Source of the DNA: a virus
Reading direction: 5' to 3' (one strand)
DNA: 64,000 bases
IMG/VR virus record: IMGVR_UViG_3300005821_000002
Location: 1 to 64,000 of that record
The notes below the pieces were generated by a model. That model worked only from the letters and a program-made list of their open reading frames with translations. It did no database searches and was not told the DNA's origin. Both the position numbers and the translations under genes were made by a program. This document shows positions 32,664 through 41,550 of the stretch, piece after piece; the stretch's first letter is position 1, and each line of letters starts with the position of its first letter.

Positions 32664-34740
32664 TATGGCGATGCTGGCGGTGTATAATCAAATGCCAGTC
32701 TCCTACCACTGTTTATAGTAAATACAAATCTTTGACAGTTTGGACATGTAGTTCTTTCTCTGTAATCAGGATCACCGTTGTCCAGTTTATAATCATTTTT
32801 TATTTGTTCAATTTTACCACTCAATGCCGTGTCACAAAATGGACATGCCACACGGACTGAATTTGTTGATTGCATCACTTATTCTCCTTTCCTTTGAGCA
32901 GGGCATCAATAATTGGGCGTAACTCATTTATTCTCTTATAGTCTCCTCGATGGTCCGAGTCCCAAACTAGCATTTCTCTAGTTTCTCGTAGGTAACCTAG
33001 TAGCCTCTCATTTTCTGCTTTGAGTGCTTTGATACGTCTTTCATATGTTGCATCATATATTTCCATCGCTAACCCCAATCTAAATAAAATGCCCATTACA
33101 AGCGTACTGGTCATAATCTATTCTGTCTTTATAATCTTTTGGTTTTGGTGTCCACATACGTACTCTTTCTTCATCTGTACGTCCACATAGAACACACTCA
33201 GAGATATAGATTTTATACCAGCACCCCTTACCTTTTGGATGTTTCTCCTTTTCATTCATCAGCATCTCCTGTCCACATACTCGCCAACCACATGCACGTT
33301 GATTGCAACAATCGAGATTCGTATTCATCAAACGTAATCAACTCTTCGTTCCATGAGTATTGAAAGTTCTTTCTGTCCCACCCATCAGGATCAAGAACTT
33401 GTGGGTACGGATGCTTCTCTTGCCACTCTGCACTTGTTTTCATCACTTCCCCCTCCAGTGTGTCTTCTAAATCCTGTTCGATCCACAGGTGTCCAAACAA
33501 TGCGCCTAGCAACATCGTTGTAATCATAAGAACAATCACTATATACTCACCCACCATCTTGCTCCTCTGTTGTGAGTAGGGCGGTATCGAAACCGCAGTT
33601 ACACTCTCCGTCTATTTGTAGGAATTTCCTACAGTGCCCTCGATGTTGTGCGTACGAAGCCAACCGCTTGTATCTAAAATATTCTTCCGTAACACACTCT
33701 TCTTTCAGGTCTTCTGTTATTCTTATAATTCGTTCTTTGTATCTCTTCTTACTGGGTCGAGTTATACGCATCACTCATTCTCCAGTATGTCGGCATAGGC
33801 GCATAGGGCATTGTAAGAATGGGCATAGTCTCCAATGCCATTTATATACATGAATGTCTTTATTACTTCTGCCGATTGAGCATTGAGTAACTCGGCGGCG
33901 TTGAGCATGGCGTCGGCTTTGGTTGGTTTCAAAACAACACCGCACTCCTCGCAATGCACCTTCCCAGTTATATGTATTGCCCACTCATGCACATGCTTAG
34001 TCATCTAGCCACTCCTTTGTTTTCTTCTGACGTATTTATCGGCAATCATCATTGCAAAGTTCGCAACATCGGCGGCCTCGATTACTGGGTCGTCATCGAG
34101 ATCATATCCATTTAGTGCGGTGTCTAACTCGTCTACCTCTTCTCGAAGTCTCTCCAATAAATACTCAAACGAGCATGTTAGCCACCCCCCTTTGTGGTCA
34201 TTTTCTTTTAGCCTTGTTTCCATTCGTTCCGCGTGTTCTATAACTGCTGGTCTCATCACTCATCCTCCTGTTCTGTGAGGAGGGCGTCGCCCAGTGCGTG
34301 TAGTGCAGTTGTGAATGGGTTAGGAAAATCTCCCCGTATTCCCCAGTTGTTCCACTCTACCAAAACGTCATTCGCCAACCTCTTGAGTGCGGCGTTCTCT
34401 GCTTCGAGTTTATCGAATGTATCCCATTCTAGTCCTTCTAGCTCGCCTAGTCTTTGAAATACCTTCTCTTCTCTTTTACATTTATCGCAAGAACACTGAG
34501 GTCCAAGATTTGCTTCGTGCATTATTCACTCTCCTCTGTTGTGAGTAGGACATTCCTCAAGTCTTCTAATGCTTTCGTAAATGTCAACCCAAGACCGCTT
34601 CTTCGCTTTCCATCTGACGTATACGCTATTGTGTTAGCGAAATCCCCAAATGCCTCATTCTCCCGCTTGAGTTGGACGATACTCTCTTTCAATATTTCAA
34701 TTTGTTCTTCTGCTAACTTCAATCCAAATTCTGCACCCAT
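32663..34740 (-). other. Array of small hypothetical ORFs
   Basis: Coupled 70-100 aa ORFs, several ending in ALLT(T)E; 34005-34259 is MazG-like (EEVDEL..EAADVANF). Confidence 0.6.
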
Positions 34741-34741
34741 T

Positions 34742-35686
34742 TTACATTCCTTTCAAGATGTGAGCTATCACATCTACAGTCCAACCATTACCTATCATCT
34801 TGTATCGTTGAGTATTAGACACACCCTCAGTATAGTTATCGGGTACTGTCTGCAATCTTTCACACTCAATCGGGTGAAACTTACGAATACAATCTTCATC
34901 CTTCAAAACATTATAGGGTACTCCCTTGAAGAAGTTAGCAACAACGGCTGACGACTTCTCATTCCTTACATCACTATAATGTTTGAAATCCCAATGGTTT
35001 CTTCCATCCCTTACCTTCCTATCCATGTAAGCCAAAGCTTTCTCTGACAACAACAAGCTAGGAATATGCCCTCCTCCGGCTGGAGTTCTAATGGTTGGAC
35101 TTTTCTTTGTAAATGTACGATGTTCTTTCTCATTGAAACCACCATACAAATTGTGCAAAGCTACCGGATAAGCGTCGTTTAGGATAATGTCTTTCAACAT
35201 TATTCCACGATCAGTAGGTTGATACGTTGGTATGTTTGTCCAGTATAATCTCTTTCTATTCTGTGCTGATACCAACGCAGAATTTATCATGATAGGAGCT
35301 ACGTGTAGAAAATCTGTAATAATATCTACATATTCTTTCTTCATGGGAACATTCTCAAGTAGAAAATACTTGGGTTCACATTCACGTAACAGACGTACAA
35401 ACTCAAAGAATAATGAACTTCTAGGATCATCAAAGTTTAGTTGCTTTCCAGCAAAACTAAATCCTTGACATGGACTACCACCAATAAGTAAGTCTATCTT
35501 TGGTAAGTCCTCCCCATCTACATTTAATACATTGCCTAAATGTATAGTATCTGGATAGTTCTTACGTGCAATTTGAATAGCCCACCTATCTATCTCTGAT
35601 GCTAGATAGTATTTATAGACTATACCTGCTCTTTCAAGAGCAAGTTGTCCACAACTCATACCATCAAACAGACTTAGTACATTCAT
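34742..35686 (-). CDS. DNA (cytosine-5) methyltransferase
   Basis: SLFDG, GSPCQ, LENV, Q.RKR.YW, ERLQ, GNGW. Confidence 0.95.
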   Translation of the reverse strand: MNVLSLFDGMSCGQLALERAGIVYKYYLASEIDRWAIQIARKNYPDTIHLGNVLNVDGEDLPKIDLLIGGSPCQGFSFAGKQLNFDDPRSSLFFEFVRLLRECEPKYFLLENVPMKKEYVDIITDFLHVAPIMINSALVSAQNRKRLYWTNIPTYQPTDRGIMLKDIILNDAYPVALHNLYGGFNEKEHRTFTKKSPTIRTPAGGGHIPSLLLSEKALAYMDRKVRDGRNHWDFKHYSDVRNEKSSAVVANFFKGVPYNVLKDEDCIRKFHPIECERLQTVPDNYTEGVSNTQRYKMIGNGWTVDVIAHILKGM

Positions 35687-35687
35687 A

Positions 35688-36053
35688 TTAGTGTCCTAGA
35701 TGTGAAGCCACGATGTTTCTTGTGATCTTCTTTATCTCCCACTTGTCCAGTTGTCTCAACAATCTTCTAAGTTTATTCCTTGCCGTACGTAAGTGGTCGT
35801 AATTACACTGCCACTCTCCAGCAGTCTGCATCACTACTAATCTTGAGTCAGTTAGTATAATTATGTTCATCATTTTATTAATGATAGCATACTTTACTGC
35901 CTCTATCATGATAAGATACTCTGCTAAATTTGACGTACCATATCCAAATACTATTTGTTTATGAACTAATTCATTACCTTCATCATCGAATATCTTGAAT
36001 GAGCCATACGTAATATCCTTACGTTTCCCACCATCCGTTATAAATGTGTACAT
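35688..36053 (-). CDS. Ribonuclease HI-like protein
   Basis: TDGG, TSNLAEY and TDSRLV motifs. Confidence 0.8.
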   Translation of the reverse strand: MYTFITDGGKRKDITYGSFKIFDDEGNELVHKQIVFGYGTSNLAEYLIMIEAVKYAIINKMMNIIILTDSRLVVMQTAGEWQCNYDHLRTARNKLRRLLRQLDKWEIKKITRNIVASHLGH

Positions 36054-36411
36054 TATAATTCATCTTCAATTAGCTCAACAACGTCTTCTGCTACTTTTAG
36101 AAAATCTTCTTGTACTGAGGGGTCTAACATTTCCCACAATACCCACTCATTATAACCTTGGTTAGCCATATCATAATCATAGATAACCTCAGCAACTGCT
36201 TCTGTTAAATGCTCAAGCATACTACCCTCCGAGCACGGACTCCAGCTTATCGTTTAGGAATGAAGCCAGAGCTTCCATATTATTTCTTACATCTGGATGT
36301 TCATTATAATCAAAAGTCATATCAATAGCGTCTGCTGATCCTTTGATATAAAAGCGAACACGAATCTTATCAGCAAATAACCAAGCCTTCTCAACCATAT
36401 ACTTCTCTACT

Positions 36412-37272
36412 TTAGCCATTTCTTTTCTCCCATTCTTTTTTGAGTCCATAATAAGGGTTCTCTCCACGTTTCAATCTATCCATAGACATCTGCGCCAAAT
36501 TTAGGTACTCTTCGAACAATTCTATACCAATGAATTTTCTTCCTAACTTTTCTGCCTCAATCCACGTAGTTCCTGCGCCCATCATTGGATCGAGAACTGT
36601 CTCCCCCTCTTCACTATATGCACCTATTGCCCACTCAGCCAAATGTGGTTGCATAGGGGCTGGATGTGGACGACCACTAGTATCCTGCGGTAGAAACAAA
36701 TAGTTATTGGGTACTTTCCCAAGTGGATTTGGCTCTACCTTCACCCGCTTATTGAACTCACCTTCCTTATCACCCTGTAAATTACTCACCTTATACTTCA
36801 TACGTTCAAGTGTAGCTTCTGCATAAGACTCACGGACATTATCTCTATGAAATACTACCTCTTCTGGATTCTTAGCTATCACATAGTTATGTTCCCACAT
36901 ATGGGGAGGTCTATTCTTGAAAAACTTTGGTGGCCCTGATGTTTTCAGCCACGGGATTTCATCTATAATATCCAACCCAATCATGTCCAGATCATTTACT
37001 AATTGATATACTTCTCTCATTTTACGATGATTAGCATAACCTGAGCCAGTATTCCACCAAATAACCCCACTAGGTTTGATTACGTCACGAAGTTCTGAAA
37101 GAACATCCATACACCAAATCAACCACTCAGCGGGGTCTCTAAATAATGCTTCACCACCATAATGTCGTGCATTGTAATAGGGTGGTGATGTAACAACTAA
37201 ATCTATGCTATTCCTATCCAATGTTGGTAACACATCAAAAAGATTTCCTTGATATATCATGGAATCTGCCAT
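36412..37272 (-). CDS. Beta-class N4-C/N6-A DNA methyltransferase
   Basis: TSPPY, HPA and VLDPMMGAGTT. Confidence 0.92.
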   Translation of the reverse strand: MADSMIYQGNLFDVLPTLDRNSIDLVVTSPPYYNARHYGGEALFRDPAEWLIWCMDVLSELRDVIKPSGVIWWNTGSGYANHRKMREVYQLVNDLDMIGLDIIDEIPWLKTSGPPKFFKNRPPHMWEHNYVIAKNPEEVVFHRDNVRESYAEATLERMKYKVSNLQGDKEGEFNKRVKVEPNPLGKVPNNYLFLPQDTSGRPHPAPMQPHLAEWAIGAYSEEGETVLDPMMGAGTTWIEAEKLGRKFIGIELFEEYLNLAQMSMDRLKRGENPYYGLKKEWEKRNG

Positions 37273-38117
37273 ATGTTTACTGCCTTATCCCTGATCGTCT
37301 CCAAAAATTCATGTTTTGTTCCTTCCTTGAAGAAGTCTGTAGTATCAAACCCGTCTGCAAAATCCCAATAGTTATATATTCTAGTTCTATCTATCCCCAA
37401 ATTTTTCGCCACTCTCTCTGCTCCTCTATTACCTGCTTCGTCATTATCATACGTTACAAATACTTCCTTTATATTTATGAAGTGATGAAGCCACTCATTA
37501 TTCCACGTTCCCGCTCCACCTGTCTGACTCACTGCTGGAATATTATTCTGTCTTAACATTATAGCATCAACTGGCCCTTCTGTCAAGACCACCCAATCAG
37601 TAAATCTCAAGGTTGAAAAGTTGAATGGTAATGCTCCCATATCTACATACCATGCTTTTCTTCCTTTTGGTTTATGTCGTAGACATTGAAAATTTCTAAA
37701 ATGTCCGTCAACATAGATAGGTATCGTGTACCACTTGCCAGTGTATCCCAATCGGAAGCGTTCAACTGTTTCTTGCGTGTAACCCCGTACATCATACCAA
37801 TACTCACGATACCCTTCACCACGTAGGTAGAAAACCTCCACCAAATCTGTATCTGGTGTAGCAACATTTTTCTTACGTGTGGTATAGACGACAGAAAAGA
37901 AATCGTCTTCCGAAGCAACAGCATTTTTCGCCTCTTGTACACTAAAACCCATTACTTTAACAAGCCAATCGTAAGTATTACCAAAGATACCTCGACTATT
38001 CCAGAAAAACAACTGTCGTTGCTTGTCCACAACAAGGCTGTTATGGTCAACTGATCGCAGAAAGCGACCACGACCTTGCAACTCATGGGTTTTGTTGATA
38101 ATATTTTCTATGCTCAT
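37257..38117 (-). CDS. TOPRIM DNA primase
   Basis: LTEGPVDA, YDNDEAG; the listed 38138 start overlaps the promoter. Confidence 0.88.
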   Translation of the reverse strand: MSIENIINKTHELQGRGRFLRSVDHNSLVVDKQRQLFFWNSRGIFGNTYDWLVKVMGFSVQEAKNAVASEDDFFSVVYTTRKKNVATPDTDLVEVFYLRGEGYREYWYDVRGYTQETVERFRLGYTGKWYTIPIYVDGHFRNFQCLRHKPKGRKAWYVDMGALPFNFSTLRFTDWVVLTEGPVDAIMLRQNNIPAVSQTGGAGTWNNEWLHHFINIKEVFVTYDNDEAGNRGAERVAKNLGIDRTRIYNYWDFADGFDTTDFFKEGTKHEFLETIRDKAVNIWQIP

Positions 38118-38126
38118 GTTACCTGC

Positions 38127-38155
38127 ATTATAACACAAAATAACACATTTGTCAA
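38127..38155 (-). promoter_or_regulatory. sigma70-type promoter
   Basis: TTGACA-17-TATAAT. Confidence 0.85.
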
Positions 38156-38157
38156 GT

Positions 38158-38186
38158 AAAAAAGCGAAGTCATTTAGCTTCGCTTT
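38158..38186 (-). terminator. Terminator closing the tRNA operon
   Basis: AAAGCGAAG..CTTCGCTTT stem with T-tract. Confidence 0.75.
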
Positions 38187-38187
38187 A

Positions 38188-38262
38188 GGTGCTTGCAGAG
38201 GGGCTCGAACCCCCGACCTTCGGTTTAAAAGACCGTTGCTCTTCCGGCTGAGCTATGCAAGC
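38188..38262 (-). tRNA. tRNA-Lys(UUU)
   Basis: Cloverleaf, loop CTTTTAA; ends ACC-T. Confidence 0.9.
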
Positions 38263-38732
38263 TAAAAAACTAATTGAGTACCTATCTCTAGGTCCATTGT
38301 ATACCAAGCGCTGTAGAACCATGGTGCCTTCTTCCCCGTAAAGTCTATTCTACGTGATGGGAAGATAACTTCCACACCACTCAACTGTGCTCTACATTCT
38401 TTTGCACCTAACTTTGTTATAGGTAGCAACATGCACCAAGGTTTTCCCAACTCATTTGCTCTACGTAGAAACTTCTTAGCTATAGAGAATGGTGGGTTGG
38501 TTACAATGATATCATAGGATGGTGGTTCATCAACAAGAAAATCTCCATCCCATTCTACTACATCGTAACCACCTGCGATAAGGTGTGCTATCAACACACC
38601 AGAACCAGGTGCACAATCCCACAGCTTTTTGTCTGTGGGTAGATACGGAACCAATACCTCCAAAGCCTCTGGAGGAGTCCATATATCGTCGTAACTTCCT
38701 CTTTTACTGTAATCCTTCAATACTTCTAACAT
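38262..38732 (-). CDS. Small amino-DNA methyltransferase-like protein (paralogue of 32079)
   Basis: WTPP, WDCAPGSG, VTNPPF, RRIDF. Confidence 0.75.
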   Translation of the reverse strand: MLEVLKDYSKRGSYDDIWTPPEALEVLVPYLPTDKKLWDCAPGSGVLIAHLIAGGYDVVEWDGDFLVDEPPSYDIIVTNPPFSIAKKFLRRANELGKPWCMLLPITKLGAKECRAQLSGVEVIFPSRRIDFTGKKAPWFYSAWYTMDLEIGTQLVF

Positions 38733-38808
38733 GGTGCCACCGGTAGGACTCGAACCTACAACCTTTGGTTTAAGAGACCACTGCTCTCACCCGTTGAGCT
38801 ACGGAGGC
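38732..38808 (-). tRNA. tRNA-Lys(CUU)
   Basis: Loop CTCTTAA; CCA encoded. Confidence 0.9.
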
Positions 38809-38812
38809 ATAA

Positions 38813-38901
38813 GACGGCGACGTTCCCACAACGCCTTCGTGCAACCTAAGTGAGTGGCCTACTCACAGCTACACAGTTGGATTCGAACCAACATCTCCGT
38901 C
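38813..38901 (-). ncRNA. Circularly permuted tRNA-like RNA (YrlA-like topology)
   Basis: GACGG/CCGTC closing stem, then T-arm GTTGG-TTCGAAT-CCAAC, closed acceptor-like stem, D-like arm. Confidence 0.7.
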
Positions 38902-38902
38902 A

Positions 38903-38978
38903 GGTGGGTCTGGCTGGGCTCGAACCAGCGACCTCTTTCTTGTAAGGAAAGCGCTCTAACCAACTGAGCTACACACCC
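38903..38978 (-). tRNA. tRNA-Val(UAC)
   Basis: Loop CTTACAA. Confidence 0.9.
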
Positions 38979-38979
38979 A

Positions 38980-39171
38980 TTATCCTGTTAATCTACCTTT
39001 ACCATCATTCTGATAGAAACCCTTACCCTTAAATACGACGTTAGGAGGATTGAACACTCTCCTAATACTTATTTTACCACATTCAGGGCATTTTGTCAAG
39101 CCCAAATCCAAGTGTTCTTCGGATATGAACTCATACAAACAATCTTCACATTTGTAATCATATATTCCCAT
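38980..39171 (-). CDS. FmdB-family zinc-ribbon protein
   Basis: YDYKC..C, CPECG, FKGKGFY. Confidence 0.85.
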   Translation of the reverse strand: MGIYDYKCEDCLYEFISEEHLDLGLTKCPECGKISIRRVFNPPNVVFKGKGFYQNDGKGRLTG

Positions 39172-39182
39172 AGTTACCTCAA

Positions 39183-39256
39183 GGAGCGAGTAGGTGGATT
39201 TGAACCACCGACATTCTGCTTGGAAGGCAGACGTTCTACCACTGAACTATACCCGC
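39183..39256 (-). tRNA. tRNA-Gly(UCC)
   Basis: Loop CTTCCAA. Confidence 0.9.
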
Positions 39257-39259
39257 TAA

Positions 39260-39332
39260 GGTGGGAACACAGGGAATCGAACCCTGCTCGTCGGCTTGAA
39301 AGGCCGGTGTCCTGCCGATAGACGATGCTCCC
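39260..39332 (-). tRNA. tRNA-Glu(UUC)
   Basis: Loop CTTTCAA. Confidence 0.88.
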
Positions 39333-39515
39333 TTATGAAACCATACTCTGAATGCTATCTAATAAGTCATTCAGTTCATCGTACTTGTCTATTAAACTTT
39401 CTACAGCCTCATATGCATTTTTATCATCTACTATAAAATCTACTGGTGAGCCTGGTCCATTTAATAAATCTACGATATCTTGTAGTTCTGCTTCTATACT
39501 TATACCCATAATCAT
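39333..39515 (-). CDS. Small acidic hypothetical protein
   Basis: AAGGAG RBS; fills the gap between two tRNA-Glu genes. Confidence 0.6.
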   Translation of the reverse strand: MIMGISIEAELQDIVDLLNGPGSPVDFIVDDKNAYEAVESLIDKYDELNDLLDSIQSMVS

Positions 39516-39525
39516 ACTCCTTTTA

Positions 39526-39599
39526 GGTGATTCTACGGAGATTTGAACTCCGGTCTGTACTTTGAGAGAGTACTGTCCTAACCACTAGACGATAGAACC
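39526..39599 (-). tRNA. tRNA-Glu(CUC)
   Basis: Loop CTCTCAA. Confidence 0.88.
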
Positions 39600-39601
39600 A
39601 A

Positions 39602-39675
39602 GGTAGGCCCCCCACGAATTGAACGTGGCTCCTTCCCCTTATAAGAGGGATGCTTCCCCGATCAGCTTGAGGCCC
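39602..39675 (-). tRNA. tRNA-Ile(UAU)
   Basis: Loop CTTATAA; anticodon stem identical to tRNA-Ile(GAU). Confidence 0.8.
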
Positions 39676-39943
39676 ATCGTGTTTCATTATTTTCTACTCG
39701 TTTTATCCAATTACAATTTGCACAAAGTAGTTGATAGTCTTCACTTTCTCCCCTACAAATTCTACGAGCTATATAATCGGAACTATGAGCAAGTATTTCT
39801 TTACCACCGCCACCTTTTATATGATCTATCTGTAATGCTCTTGGATCGGAAAATCCACATCTTGTGCATATACCACCCAAAAGCTCTATCGCTTTCTGTC
39901 TATTTTTTCGACGGTATTCTCTACCCCATTGTTTTTTATTCAT
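39662..39943 (-). CDS. HNH endonuclease (homing type)
   Basis: C..CG, LQIDHI, LLCANCN. Confidence 0.85.
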   Translation of the reverse strand: MNKKQWGREYRRKNRQKAIELLGGICTRCGFSDPRALQIDHIKGGGGKEILAHSSDYIARRICRGESEDYQLLCANCNWIKRVENNETRWASS

Positions 39944-39944
39944 A

Positions 39945-40019
39945 GGTGGACCAAAATGGAGTCGAACCATTGGCCTTCCCCTTATCAGAGGGATGCTCTA
40001 ACCACTGAGCTACTGGTCC
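39945..40019 (-). tRNA. tRNA-Ile(GAU)
   Basis: Loop CTGATAA. Confidence 0.9.
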
Positions 40020-40430
40020 TTATATTACATGCCATTCAGCTTTCCTTGCTCTCTTAGCTGTCCAACATCCTCCAGACTTTATATGATCTGAAGTGTGACA
40101 GTGATAACAGTAATCAAACTTCATTCCTTTATATCCTTCTGGATAATCTGCTACCACAATACAATGAACAATGTCAGATGCTCTAGCTATCTTTAGATTT
40201 CTCTGCTTAAAACCACCTTCCCACCGTGGTATAGCTGGAAGATAAATCTCTTTTTCCAATCCTAGTTTATTGGCCTCTTCCTCAGCCCATATATCTATAC
40301 CACCAAGATGACATCCACCACTGACAAGAATATCATCAGGAGACAATAGAGAACGTATTATTTCTCTTGCCTTTGCCTCTGTTTCAGGCGTAAACTTTCT
40401 TGCCTCATGACCAACTATTCCTACTCTCAT
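40020..40430 (-). CDS. SLOG-superfamily (YspA/DprA-like) protein
   Basis: MRVGIVG, LVSGG..GGID..AE, RN..IA..SD, SGG..T. Confidence 0.7.
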   Translation of the reverse strand: MRVGIVGHEARKFTPETEAKAREIIRSLLSPDDILVSGGCHLGGIDIWAEEEANKLGLEKEIYLPAIPRWEGGFKQRNLKIARASDIVHCIVVADYPEGYKGMKFDYCYHCHTSDHIKSGGCWTAKRARKAEWHVI

Positions 40431-40443
40431 TGTATCTCCTTAA

Positions 40444-40517
40444 GGCACGGGTACTCGGATTCGAACCAAGACCATAGGCTTAGAACACCTTTATGCTATC
40501 CTTTACACCATACCCGC
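40444..40517 (-). tRNA. tRNA-Arg(UCU)
   Basis: Loop GTTCTAA (unusual G32). Confidence 0.8.
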
Positions 40518-40520
40518 TTA

Positions 40521-40594
40521 GGTGTGTCCAGTGGGGATTGAACCCACGACCCTCTGCTCTTCAGACAGATGCTCTACCACTGAGCTACAGACAC
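40521..40594 (-). tRNA. tRNA-Phe(GAA)
   Basis: Loop CTGAAGA. Confidence 0.9.
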
Positions 40595-40602
40595 ATAAAA
40601 CC

Positions 40603-40673
40603 GAGGGCTTATGCTTATCATCTAGAATGTGACCACTCAGTTTACTGCTGGAAGTCAGACAGCAGAAGCCCTC
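40603..40673 (-). ncRNA. Unassigned closed hairpin RNA
   Basis: GAGGGCTT/AAGCCCTC terminal stem between tRNAs. Confidence 0.4.
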
Positions 40674-40674
40674 T

Positions 40675-40760
40675 TGGTGCCAACAGCAGGGATCGAACCT
40701 GCACTCCCGAAGGAAACTGGTTTTAAGCCAGTCGTGTCTGCCAAATTCCACCATGTCGGC
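40675..40760 (-). tRNA. tRNA-Leu(UAA)
   Basis: Loop CTTAAAA, long variable arm, CCA encoded. Confidence 0.9.
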
Positions 40761-40761
40761 A

Positions 40762-40852
40762 TAAGGTGAGAAGGGTTTACTCTGAGTATTCGTCTGACTA
40801 TCGGACTTTCCCCTAACAGGTATAGTCTCCTGCGTAAAGCGTTCTCACCTTA
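40762..40852 (-). ncRNA. Unassigned kissing-loop RNA
   Basis: 11-bp terminal stem TAAGGTGAGAA/TTCTCACCTTA; loop complementarity GACTAT/ATAGTC. Confidence 0.6.
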
Positions 40853-40853
40853 A

Positions 40854-40929
40854 GGTAGCGGGGAGGGGATTCGAACCCCTGGTTTCCAGCTTATGAGGCT
40901 AGTGACTTGGGCCGCTAGTCTACCCCGCA
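40854..40929 (-). tRNA. tRNA-Met(CAU), initiator-like
   Basis: Loop CTCATAA; 1:72 mismatch. Confidence 0.85.
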
Positions 40930-40987
40930 ATGATGGACACCTACATCGAACCACAAGGAGCGACCCTGCTTACGTTTCAGTGTCCAA

Positions 40988-41063
40988 GGTCGGAATGACA
41001 GGATTTGAACCTGTGGCCCCTCGGACCCAAACCGAGTGCTCTTCCAAGCTGAGCTACACTCCG
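40988..41063 (-). tRNA. tRNA-Pro(UGG)
   Basis: Loop TTTGGGT; C1-G72, A73. Confidence 0.9.
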
Positions 41064-41167
41064 ATGTACTTTTTTGATAGAGCAGAAAGACATAATAAAA
41101 ACTGCTTGGGCCTAACTCATACAAGTCAGGGTTCCACCACTTGTTTTTTAGAGAAACAAGAAACTCA

Positions 41168-41240
41168 GGTGGAGCTTCAGAGGATCGAACTCTGATAACA
41201 GCATTGCAAGTGCTGGGTAATACCGTTATACGAAAGCCCC
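41168..41240 (-). tRNA. tRNA-Ala(UGC)
   Basis: Loop CTTGCAA; G3-U70. Confidence 0.9.
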
Positions 41241-41243
41241 AAA

Positions 41244-41327
41244 GGTACCGAAGGTGAGAGTCGAACTCACAAGCCCGTGGGCACTGACTTCTAAGGCCAG
41301 CGTGTTTGCCATTTTCACCACTTCGGC
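41244..41327 (-). tRNA. tRNA-Leu(UAG)
   Basis: Loop CTTAGAA, long variable arm. Confidence 0.9.
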
Positions 41328-41330
41328 ATG

Positions 41331-41408
41331 TTGAGAACTAGGGTGCACCACGGAATCTAACCGTCTCTGCTAGGCTGTCGCCCACTAACAAGTCGTGCTA
41401 GTTCTCAA
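41331..41408 (-). ncRNA. tRNA-elbow-like RNA with extended terminal stem
   Basis: TTGAGAACTAG/CTAGTTCTCAA stem enclosing a GG-loop hairpin and a T-like hairpin (ACGG-TTAGATT-CCGT). Confidence 0.55.
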
Positions 41409-41482
41409 GGTGGATGTTAGAAGAATCGAACTTCTCTCCGTCGGTTTACAGCCGAGTGCCGTCCCCAGACGACCCAACATCC
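41409..41482 (-). tRNA. tRNA-Tyr(GUA), atypical
   Basis: Loop CTGTAAA; short variable loop; 6-bp D-stem. Confidence 0.75.
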
Positions 41483-41494
41483 AATGTTTTCCTT

Positions 41495-41523
41495 ATTATA
41501 TCACATATTACTAGAAATGTCAA
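41495..41523 (-). promoter_or_regulatory. Internal sigma70-type promoter of the tRNA array
   Basis: TTGACA-17-TATAAT. Confidence 0.85.
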
Positions 41524-41550
41524 GCCCAATATTAGTGCCATATCATTCCT

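Noticed and set aside
40444-40517. Possible amber suppressor (CTA inside the anticodon loop) and stop-codon recoding
   Set aside because: Stem register places TCT at 34-36, and long genes are intact in code 11 with TAG used as stop
40762-40852. Second RNase P RNA (GGGGAAAGTCC resembles CR-I) or pistol/hammerhead ribozyme
   Set aside because: No P4 partner strand and ribozyme core consensus nucleotides are missing; kept as unassigned RNA
40934-40986. Theta/HDV-like ribozyme after tRNA-Pro
   Set aside because: The closing stem ends the element, leaving no room for P1.1, P4 or the P2 3' strand
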